Below, piece by piece: positions 19,979 through 29,048 of a DNA stretch of 64,000 bases; position 1 is the stretch's first letter, and the number at the start of each line of letters is the position of its first letter. The translations under genes were made by a program, and so were the position numbers. The stretch is from an uncultured Acidimicrobiia bacterium. GTDB taxonomy: Bacteria > Acidobacteriota > Terriglobia > Versatilivoradales > Versatilivoraceae. The notes beneath the pieces were generated by a model. That model worked only from the letters and a program-made list of their open reading frames with translations. It was not told the DNA's origin and searched no databases. The DNA is taken from NCBI GenBank assembly GCA_963810905.1, contig CAWEPG010000002.1:98984-162983 (forward strand), in the 5' to 3' direction.

Positions 19979-20779
19979 CTGCGATTCCGCGAGAATATCC
20001 TCCTAGAATATATTTCGATGGCACCGTTGCCTTTGGCATTTGAGCGGTCAGTGGAAGGGGAAATATTTGCCGGCTTGAGATTTGAACGCCCTATATTGGA
20101 TCTAGGCTGCGGCGAAGGCCTTTTCGCGAAATTAGTTTTTGCCGAACCGATAGAAACCGGTATTGATCCAAATCCCAGGGAACTTGCGAAGGCGCGAGCT
20201 TATGGTAGCCATGCTCAACTAATTCAGTGCAGCGGCAACGACATTCCCATGAGCGATGCCTCATATAAAACAATTTTTTCTAATAGTGTTCTGGAACACA
20301 TTCCAGAGATTGAACCTGTTTTGGCGGAAGTGCATCGATTACTGGCAACTGGAGGCCGATTCTATCTAACTGTCCCATCCGATAATTTCGCTCATTTCAC
20401 TTTGGGGTATCAAATTTTGACCTCCCTTGGTCTTGATCAACTAGCCAACCGTTATCAAAGTTGGTTTAATTCTTTCTGGCGGCACTACCATTTCTATTCC
20501 ATCGAGCAATGGAAGAATTTGGCTGGCAAGAGCGGTTTCGAGATTATCAAGGCCTATAGATACGACTCTAAGAGCCTTTGCCTTTTGAACGACTGCCTGG
20601 TTCCATTGAGCATCTTTGGATTCATCATGAAGAAACTATTCAATCAATGGACCCTGGTCCCTCGATTTCGCAGGATTGCTTTTTACCCGGTATTTTGGCT
20701 GGCAAGACCTTTTATTACACAAAGCACGCAGGATGAGAAAGGCGGACTCATTTTCATGATGCTTTCAAAGGCAGAGTAA
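19979..20779 (+). CDS. Class I SAM-dependent methyltransferase (type 11)
   Basis: ILDLGCGEG, FSNSVLEHIP, GGRFYLTVP. Start ambiguous: ATG 19925, CTG 19979 (after AAGGAG) or ATG 20018. Confidence 0.88.
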   Translation: MRFRENILLEYISMAPLPLAFERSVEGEIFAGLRFERPILDLGCGEGLFAKLVFAEPIETGIDPNPRELAKARAYGSHAQLIQCSGNDIPMSDASYKTIFSNSVLEHIPEIEPVLAEVHRLLATGGRFYLTVPSDNFAHFTLGYQILTSLGLDQLANRYQSWFNSFWRHYHFYSIEQWKNLAGKSGFEIIKAYRYDSKSLCLLNDCLVPLSIFGFIMKKLFNQWTLVPRFRRIAFYPVFWLARPFITQSTQDEKGGLIFMMLSKAE

Positions 20780-20780
20780 T

Positions 20781-21491
20781 ATGCTTGTTTCTTTGATTCT
20801 ACCAACCTACAACGAAGTCGAGAATATCATTCATCTTTTGCGCTCCGTCATCGAACATATCCCCCCTGGCTGGGAATATGAAATCATTGTGGTAGATGAC
20901 AATAGCCCCGACCATACTTTGAAAGCGGTGGAAGAATCCTTCCATGACAATCCAAGAGTGATCCCCTTATTGCGAACTACCGATCGAGGCCTTGCGAAAT
21001 CGATTAGAGCGGGTGCCGAAAGATCTAAAGGAGACGCCCTCATTTTCATGGATACGGACTTCAACCACAATCCGGCAGAGATCCCTCGCCTGTTGCACTT
21101 ACTCCAAGTCAGCGATGTGGTAATCGGGTCTCGATTCTGTGCCGGTGGATCTATGGAGGATGTCCCACACTACTTGCTCAGCCTTATATACAACTGGTTC
21201 CTCCGCGTTGTTCTGCGAACCCAAATTCAGGATAACTTGAGTGGGTTTCTTGCTCTTGGAAGACAATCCCTAGAGCAATTGCCTTTTGATGAAATTTTTT
21301 TCGGGTATGGAGATTACTGTTTTCGGCTGCTGCATTATGCTCAAAGACGCGGCTTGAGCCTGCTCGAAATGCCTGTTAACTATCATACTCGTCAAAAGGG
21401 GAAGAGCAAGTCGGTGTTCTGGAAGCTCTTTTTCTTATACACAAAAGAACTCCTCAAACTCAGGATAATCGCAGACAGAATTGTTCATTAA
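20781..21491 (+). CDS. GT2 polyprenol-phosphate sugar synthase (Dpm1/Ppm1-like)
   Basis: LILPTYNE, IIVVDDNSPDHT, MDTDFNHNP, VIGSRF; no C-terminal TM helices. Confidence 0.88.
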   Translation: MLVSLILPTYNEVENIIHLLRSVIEHIPPGWEYEIIVVDDNSPDHTLKAVEESFHDNPRVIPLLRTTDRGLAKSIRAGAERSKGDALIFMDTDFNHNPAEIPRLLHLLQVSDVVIGSRFCAGGSMEDVPHYLLSLIYNWFLRVVLRTQIQDNLSGFLALGRQSLEQLPFDEIFFGYGDYCFRLLHYAQRRGLSLLEMPVNYHTRQKGKSKSVFWKLFFLYTKELLKLRIIADRIVH

Positions 21492-21508
21492 TGCGGAACC
21501 CGTTCCCT

Positions 21509-22780
21509 TTAAATAACTTCAATCTCTGGGAGCGGGAAGATCATTTTCCCGCCATTTTTCAGGAAGGCCTCCTCTCTCTTGAGCAAGTAATTTTTAAAAT
21601 GCCAGGGCAAGACGAGAAAGTAACCTGGCTTCATCTGACGAGCAGTCGATTCGGAGACAATTGGAATGTTTGTTCCGGGTGTGTAGCAGCCAACTTTTTC
21701 TTCGTTCACTTCAGCGATACAAGAAAGGTGGTCGGTTGAAAGACCGCAAAATTGCAGAATCACATTCCCTTTCGTTGAAGCTCCGTATCCCAGTACAAGC
21801 TGGTCTTTGCTTTTCAAATTGTTTAGGAGCTCAACTAATCTTTCTCGATGCTCAAAAACTCGGCCGGCAAACTCAGTGTATATATCAAAGGATCCAAGTC
21901 CTGTCTTTTCTTCTATTCGAAGTAGCCGCTCAAGCTCATAAGTCAATTCTGGATAAGGTGCACTTTCCTTGGACACTGTCACAGTAATGCTCCCCCCGTT
22001 GACATCGTTCAAACTCAAGTCAATGATCTTCATTCCGACTCGGTCGGCCATGAATTTGATTTGGCGCAAGGCATAGTATTCCAGATGTTCATGGCAGATT
22101 GTGTCATAGGCATTGGACGAGAGCATTGATGGCAGGTAGCTCTGTTCAAAAAGCCAAACGCCATCATCGGCAAGAATCTCATTGACCTGCCTCACAAAGC
22201 CCAGCGGATCTTCTAAGTCATAAAACATGGCAATGGAAGTCACAATTTTTGCCTTACGCTCTCCGTACAGACTCTTGAATCGATCTGCTGAAAAGTAGTC
22301 TGGAATAGGTCGAATATGAGGCTTATAGTATTGGCCAAATCTCTTGGCTGTGGGGTCCATTCCGACCAGGAGCGGTCCGTTCTCCGGATAAAAAGAAAGA
22401 AGAGTCCCGTCGTTGCTTCCAATGTCGAGGATGACATCCTCAGCGCTTACGGAAACAATCGTGAGTAGTTTTTCGGTCAACGCCTGAAGATGATTAGCCA
22501 TGGAACGATTAAGCGATGAGCGATATCCGTAGTGATCACCATACATTTCGTCTAAATTGTACGACTGTCGTAGCTGGATAAGTCCACAGTGATCCCGGTA
22601 CTCTAATTGGTTGCACTTGACAAGGTCCAATGGGCCCTGTGTCAGGCTGCGGTCGACCTTATTCGGAAATACCCCCGTGAGATACTGGCTACCCAGCGAA
22701 AGGATAGAAACCAGGTCCTCATTTCCACAGATCCTGCATCGGTCGATTTCGATATAGCTTTCTCTCATTTCAGAAGCCAT
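21509..22780 (-). CDS. NDP-hexose 3-C-methyltransferase family protein (Zn-binding N-terminus)
   Basis: CRICG, YGYRSS, LDIGSNDG, YDTICHEHLEYY, GYGASTKGN, LVLPWHF. Confidence 0.88.
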   Translation of the reverse strand: MASEMRESYIEIDRCRICGNEDLVSILSLGSQYLTGVFPNKVDRSLTQGPLDLVKCNQLEYRDHCGLIQLRQSYNLDEMYGDHYGYRSSLNRSMANHLQALTEKLLTIVSVSAEDVILDIGSNDGTLLSFYPENGPLLVGMDPTAKRFGQYYKPHIRPIPDYFSADRFKSLYGERKAKIVTSIAMFYDLEDPLGFVRQVNEILADDGVWLFEQSYLPSMLSSNAYDTICHEHLEYYALRQIKFMADRVGMKIIDLSLNDVNGGSITVTVSKESAPYPELTYELERLLRIEEKTGLGSFDIYTEFAGRVFEHRERLVELLNNLKSKDQLVLGYGASTKGNVILQFCGLSTDHLSCIAEVNEEKVGCYTPGTNIPIVSESTARQMKPGYFLVLPWHFKNYLLKREEAFLKNGGKMIFPLPEIEVI

Positions 22781-22977
22781 AGGACTTTCTAGTAATGAAT
22801 CTGGAGAAAATTGAGGGATGGCCATTTTTCCGATTCTCTAAAGAAAAGGCGACAATTGGCTCTATCGGTAATATGAGAGTCAACATTAAGGATTCAGGTC
22901 GTGCCACAACAAGTCGACAAGCGAGCCACTTGCCAAGGGAAGAGGAGGGCAAACGGCGAGTTGAAGACTCAGTAAAA

Positions 22978-25102
22978 TCAAGGAACCTCAACCGAAAAGC
23001 GGCTAATGTTTCGTGAAGCTCGGGTCGCGAACTTTCTAGAAAGAAAAATAAATGACAATACGTAGAGGAGCAGTGCAATAATATTCAACCCCCTCAGCCC
23101 AATCCACATATCAAGGTACTCCAGAATTCCTCCCACCAGCGCGCCCAGCAAGTTACTCCCTAATGCCAGACTTGGGATCTTAGCCTCTTCAAATACCCGC
23201 GCAAATATTAATGCTGCTAAAAAGAGCGGCATACTGATAATCAAGCCACCCCAAAAAAAGCGAACATAGATTCCAAATTGATTCAAGACGTCAAATGGAA
23301 ACCAAAAGTTAAAAAGAATGACCAAAAACAGGGTGACATAGAGGATCGTTAAGTCGACAATTGGTTTCTTTTCAACAAGCCAATTGGCCAGCAAAATCAA
23401 CACCATAATGGAGCTGAAAACCACTGAATTTACCATCCAGGTCGAACCAAAAATCAGCGCCAAGGTAGTGACCGATTTGGTCTCGACGAGCAAGAAGGCT
23501 GCTCCCATGAAAAATAAAGTCCAATCAATGTGTTCCGTCTTCAGATGTGCCTTCCGAAGCAGTATGACAACGAGACCGAGAATCAGGAGAAGGGGTAGGA
23601 TGTAATGGAAAGGGACTCCGCGCTTTTCAAGGAAAAGGAACGGCCAATTGTCTGTCACGGGTTCAACCGCCACGGCCCCAAAACCTAGCGGGACAGGACG
23701 ATAGACCGTTACTCCCGGACTTCGTCCTGGATCGAAGCGTTCACCCGCAAGAAGAATCGTTTCTTGAACCTCCGAGCTAGAGTAAGCCAGCAATTTTTCT
23801 CCCATCACCGCTCTCAAGGTATTGAGGTGTCGTTGGGACAACCAAGGTTTACTCGCGAAGAAATTGATTACAATGCCACCATCAATCGTCAAGTGCCTCC
23901 GGGCATTTTCAATGCTTTCCTTAGTAAAAACAAAATTGTCCAAACGGATCGAGGAAAGAGATGAAAAAACGGTATGGCTGTCGAGCGTCGCAAAGACGAC
24001 AAGGTCATATTGATTGCCGGTTCTTTGTAGAAACGAACGGGCATCATCCACATACACATGAACTCGAGGGGAGGAGTAAGGGTGCTCCGGATGGATCTCA
24101 CGGCCTATCCGGGCTATAGCCGGATCAATTTCGACAACATCTATTCGTTTGGCGCCATTGCGGAGCGCCGCAGCCGCATCATTACCGGCTCCGCCTCCCA
24201 AAATAAGAACAGACTCAATTGGCTTCTTACTCAACAGATACGGGAGATTATAGTGGCGATTGTATAGTGCTTGAAGTTCGACCGGGTAATTTGAGAGAAA
24301 TGAACTTGAGAGATTCTGAACTACTTGGAACCCGTCATAATTCACGTAAAGATGAGACTCAACTGGCATTCCCGGCGAGCTATACGTTGACAGATGGATG
24401 CGATAGTAGGGAGACCATTCAACCGGGTTGATCAATTGCACATAATAGGCAAAAGCCAACGCAGCGACAAAGTAAACCAAGGTGGACTTCAGCCGTTCTC
24501 TGAAGAAATAGAGCATTCCGGAAAAGAAAATGAGAAACCAAACGGCAGGAGGGGAATGAAGGAATGAAACCAGAGAGAAACCGATGATTCCGAACAAGCT
24601 CCCCGCAACATTTAACGAATATCCTCTCAGAGGTCTATCCTGATTCAAAAGCTGACCCAGCTTGGAAGCAAGTGATGCAAAGACTGCCATCACGAGGAAG
24701 AAGACAGCTACAATAACCGTGAGTGCCTTAGTGATCTGGAGGAACGATGGGATCGAAAGAGAAGCATGGTCTCCAAAGCCTACTCCCAGCAGAAAGTATT
24801 GCTTCGGATCAACAAAAATAACATGGGTTAATCCAAACCCAGCAGCACCTGCGATGATGATAACGAGATAGCAGATGAGTCGAGGGAACCAAGGGAAAAA
24901 ACGTTCCCACTTATCGGTATAACCAAAATCCAGTCCCAAAGCCCAGGAAAGCAGCTAGCAAGGGAAGATTTTTGAAATAGGCAAAAATCCGGATTTCAGA
25001 TGAAAGCCACCGGATAATGGCCAATTCCAGAAACAAACCCAGAAAACTGAGACCAAGAATTTCGTAGGAACCTCGTGTAAACCTTACCTTTGTTTGTTGC
25101 AT
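22978..25102 (-). CDS. Membrane-embedded spermidine-synthase-like SAM-binding protein (paralog 1); +1 frameshift near 24916
   Basis: ORFs 24911-25102 and 22978-24939 join into a collinear homolog of 35014-37092 when one C is removed. LILGGGAGND and VVEIDP motifs. Confidence 0.85.
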
Positions 25103-25150
25103 GATTGAGTTTAATTCTTCATGGTTGAGCCGCTCTCAAAAAAATACCTT

Positions 25151-26138
25151 TCAAGACTTAAGGTAGTTGAAACTTTCGATCACATCAAATGGGGTACGGA
25201 CGTTTCCGATGGACTCCCCAATTTGTTCGATTTTTGCGATATTTAAGTTCCCTAGTGCTTCTTCAGCCTTTTGCAGATAGTCAATCTTCTCTGGATTGAG
25301 ACCGACAATGCGAGTGCAGGTCGCATCGACAGACACCGGATCGTTGCCAAATACCAACACGCCCACGTGTTTGGGTTTTCCTTGGATGGGTCCATTCCCT
25401 TCCATGCCCACTATGCCATCGACAATGACAAAGTGAGGGCGAACGGTGCTGTTGATGTCGAGAATGCTCTCGTTGATTCCGTGCCAGTGCAAAAAGTTCT
25501 TGGGCCATCCATATTTCACACCGGGGACGATGCCAAACAAGTTTTTCATTGCAAGTGTCATTCCTGCCCAATGATGAGTTTTTAACTTTGGCATCGAAAC
25601 AAGGATGTCGGCATTGAGCACTGACTCTGCGAAATACAACGAATCGATACCCATGAAACTGCTCTGAAGCGGGAGTCGGCGAATGTTGTCCAGATTGAGA
25701 TCGACAAAGGTAGCCTGCGTCTCTTTCAGATAGGGAAACAAACCTGAGGCAACGAGCAAACCATCCGTATCACGCCGGTGCCCTGGTCCTTCCCCAACCA
25801 GGACTTCTTTTGCCCCAAGCATTCGAAACGCTTCAATCGTCGCGCCAATCACCGCTGGATGCGTGTTAATCACATTGTCTCGTTCATATTCGACGAGGTT
25901 CGGTTTTAACAGAACTCTCTTGTTTACCACTTCGAGGGAAAAAGCCTTAATCCCGTTCAGGATCGAGCCTAACCAAATCCTTTGTATAACTTTCTGCTTT
26001 AAGAATAGCTACTTTGGATTGATGGGATTTGCAATAAGCGCCCGTAGCCCACCGACCTTGTTGAGAACAGGCCGTGGTAAAGGACGCAATACTACATGCT
26101 GTTGCCGTCTTAAGAAATTGGCGACGATTGAAACTCAT
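25151..26138 (-). CDS. DUF362-domain protein with Tat/lipoprotein signal; +1 frameshift near 25968
   Basis: MSFNRRQFLK...TACS signal; VLLKPN, VGEGPG and MPKLKTH...MKNLFG motifs. The two ORFs join after removing one G. Confidence 0.85.
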
Positions 26139-26215
26139 TCGCTATCCTTCCTCTGATGCAAAGCGGTTGCTCCCATCGATACGCAATGATTGAATTCCTT
26201 GATTCTTGTCATGGC

Positions 26216-27202
26216 TCACAATTTGAAACAATTCTTTCCTTCTCCGGATTGCAGAGCGAGAAGGGCGAGCGCTGTTGTCCGGACATTTGAAAAGAATTGA
26301 GTTTCCGTGTACAAATCAGAGATTTTTTGCACGATTTTCGAAGTTTCAACACCGTAGATTTGAAGGCTGATAGATGCAAAGCTCAATGCTAAAGCGGATT
26401 TTTCGTCATCGATTGACTTTTTCAGATATTCTAGACTGTTCCGATTTTCGGTCCTATCCGGGCTATCCTGCAAAGCTATGAGAGCCAAGGCTGTCGTCAG
26501 GGGGTATGGGCGTAATTCCTCTCCGAGAACGCGCGAATTTCCATAATTCCATCCTCCTCCTTTGCAAGTTCGAGCATAAATGAGTTCATCCGCTTCTCGG
26601 GTTATTGCATTCAGGTTATCTGCTCGACTTTCGTGTGCCCAACCGCCCATGCGGTGAAATCTTTTCAGGAAAGTCAGTGCATAGGTCGTTGGCTCAATCC
26701 AGGTCGCGGTGCCTGGATTCCAATTCCATCCTCGAAGATTCTTGTCAACGTAAGATGCGTCCCAGGATTGCATCCATTCAGATATCCTCAACATCCAATG
26801 ACGGGGAGTTTTCTCTACAGCGTTTACGACGAAATTGGCAGCAAGCCCAGATGCTGCTATAAGTCCTTCAAGGTTAAGCAGTGCGAAACCCGCCAGAGCC
26901 GTTGCCCAGGGTGCTGGTTGGTTGTCTGACAAGCTGGCGGCCCATCCACCTTCTGAAGACTGAGCCATGCGAATAGTCTCGATTCCCTTTTGAAGGTTAA
27001 TGTGCGCACTGGGGATCCCGATGAGAGAAAGGCAAGCGTAAACTGTGGGCTCCAATGCCCCTGTTTTTCCCGGAGTATACCCCCAGCTCCCATCGGAGTT
27101 TTGAGTCTCGAGCAGAAACTGCTGAATAGACTCCTGCAATGTAGAAGGTCCTCTACCTAATCCTGAACACTTAAACGTATGCTCTAAATAATTATCGGAC
27201 AC
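26216..27202 (-). CDS. Prenyltransferase/squalene-oxidase (QW-like) repeat protein
   Basis: QNSDGSWGY, QSSEGGW and CKGGGWNYGN repeats, each followed by T-x-x-A helices. Confidence 0.8.
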   Translation of the reverse strand: MSDNYLEHTFKCSGLGRGPSTLQESIQQFLLETQNSDGSWGYTPGKTGALEPTVYACLSLIGIPSAHINLQKGIETIRMAQSSEGGWAASLSDNQPAPWATALAGFALLNLEGLIAASGLAANFVVNAVEKTPRHWMLRISEWMQSWDASYVDKNLRGWNWNPGTATWIEPTTYALTFLKRFHRMGGWAHESRADNLNAITREADELIYARTCKGGGWNYGNSRVLGEELRPYPLTTALALIALQDSPDRTENRNSLEYLKKSIDDEKSALALSFASISLQIYGVETSKIVQKISDLYTETQFFSNVRTTALALLALQSGEGKNCFKL

Positions 27203-27302
27203 TCCAAAGATAAATCTAACGGAATTTGATCTCAGGCCGAAAAAAAACAGTGGGTGAGGAATACCTCAAGACTCAGAAAGCTCATAACATTAGGAGGAAA
27301 AA

Positions 27303-27422
27303 GTGGATCCACTCAATATTAGTCTTCTGCTGATAGCCTGCTTTACTGGATTGTGGTCGGTTTTTTATGCTCGCCGAGCCTATCAAAATACGAAGAAAAT
27401 TTTGGACAAGGTAGACCAGTAG
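27303..27422 (+). CDS. Small 39-aa single-pass membrane protein (not in ORF track)
   Basis: AGGAGG RBS 5 nt before GTG; MDPLNISLLLIACFTGLWSVFYARRAYQNTKKILDKVDQ. Confidence 0.6.
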   Translation: MDPLNISLLLIACFTGLWSVFYARRAYQNTKKILDKVDQ

Positions 27423-27675
27423 AAGGAAATCTGAGACACACTGAAGGTGTTGCGCCTCAGGCATTAACCGGTCATTCAATGCTGTGCTTTTAGAATGGCT
27501 TGACGTACTGTCTGGGGAGAATTTGGGTTCGGTGACCTCTGCGTGAGGCGCATTCCACAATTTGGCTGCAAGATCCGAGGCCGCCCGTGTTGGGAAATAA
27601 GGAATCACTATCCGTGTGATATCGGTAGCATGCTGAATAAAGCAAGGTCGATTTCAACTCCAAAACCACTTGTTT

Positions 27676-28020
27676 TCAAGAAAAGCTCTTAATAGCACGA
27701 ACTTCATCGTCAAAAACTTCGAAAACAGTCAAGAGTTTGGTAATTGACAATAGATCGTGAACCTTCTTGGTGAGATTGAGCAATTTAAGTTTCCCGCCTT
27801 GCTTCCCTGCCATTGTAAAACTGCTCACTAATTCCCCAATTCCAGAGCTATCGATGTAGGTGATGTCCCCGAGATTCAAAAGGATCTTGGGCTCACTCTT
27901 CTGCAGTAGAGTTCGGACAGTCTCCTTGAGGATGACCGTTCCCTCACCAATCGTAATTCGTCCACTCAGGTCTACGATATCTATGTTTTCTACTTTTCGA
28001 GTCGTTGCAGTTAGACCCAC
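27676..28020 (-). CDS. STAS-domain anti-sigma factor antagonist (RsbV/SpoIIAA-like)
   Basis: VDLSGRITIGEG, LLNLGDITYIDSSGIGELV with the phospho-Ser. GTG 28020 follows GAGGGGG. Confidence 0.92.
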   Translation of the reverse strand: MGLTATTRKVENIDIVDLSGRITIGEGTVILKETVRTLLQKSEPKILLNLGDITYIDSSGIGELVSSFTMAGKQGGKLKLLNLTKKVHDLLSITKLLTVFEVFDDEVRAIKSFS

Positions 28021-28070
28021 GACTACCCCCTCTTTGCCAATGCTGCACCCCATTCATGAGAATGAATAGA

Positions 28071-28508
28071 CTACGCCTGATCCTTTCGGTAGATACTTTT
28101 CGAAAACCGAACCTCTGTGCCCTGGTTGGGGATGTGGGACAAAGAAAAATTATCCATGAATGAGCGTACCAAGAAAATTCCTCTGCCGGAAGATTTCAGC
28201 AAATTCTCCGGGTCACAGGGATCAGGGAGGTGGCTAAAATCAAACCCATTGCCCTGATCATGGATCACTACCTCAAATGTCTCTAAGTCGTACCGAAACT
28301 GAACTCGGACCGTCTTATTTAAATCCAACTGATTTCCGTGGCGAATAGCATTAACTACGATTTCGCGGACAGCCATCTCAATGAAATAGGCGCTGTCAGG
28401 ATCACAACCTGCGAGTGTGGTCAGATTATTCGTGACGCTTTCCACTAACTCTGCGTAATCCAAGCTGCTTTGGATTTTTAATTGGACGGTGACCGGCCTG
28501 TTGCTCAT
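28071..28508 (-). CDS. Anti-sigma factor Ser kinase (RsbW/SpoIIAB-like)
   Basis: MAVREIVVNAIRHGN, DQGNGFD, SGRGIFLVRSFMD. Confidence 0.92.
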   Translation of the reverse strand: MSNRPVTVQLKIQSSLDYAELVESVTNNLTTLAGCDPDSAYFIEMAVREIVVNAIRHGNQLDLNKTVRVQFRYDLETFEVVIHDQGNGFDFSHLPDPCDPENLLKSSGRGIFLVRSFMDNFSLSHIPNQGTEVRFSKSIYRKDQA

Positions 28509-29048
28509 TCCAGATTGGAAAGCACCACACCTCACTTAAAATGACACTAACCAGTAACATACGGGTCTTGCTTTGTCAAGTGAAGGGGAAGCACTAAAGC
28601 TAATGCGCGTCTTTCGAGAGAAATATTTCTGCTTTCAGTCTTGAGGTGCCTGCCCATGTCGCACAATTTCCCTCAATTCACTGAACTTTTCGATAAAATG
28701 ATCGAAATACTGACTCATCAATTGTAATGAGCGCCGATGTAACCTAATTTAACAAACCTTAACAAGGAAAACCTCGCTGGTATTCAAGAACAAGAACACT
28801 GCGCGGGATCATACAAAATTTCACCCCCAAAGGGTTCATTTAATAACATTAAGAAGGCTAGTTCTAACCAGTGTGTTTGACTTTCATTGAAATGTAATGT
28901 TATTTTTGGATTTGCCTTCACACTTAGGAGAGACTAGAGCAATCATCCAAGCCAACTGTACTATCTTGCTCTGATTATTCTAACCTGGAAGACTTCACTC
29001 AACAGAAACTAACCAAGGTCCTCAATAGACTGCTGTGGAGTTTGAACT

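Noticed and set aside
27282-27608. 108-aa minus-strand ORF
   Set aside because: Antisense to the better-supported small plus-strand ORF that has a perfect RBS.
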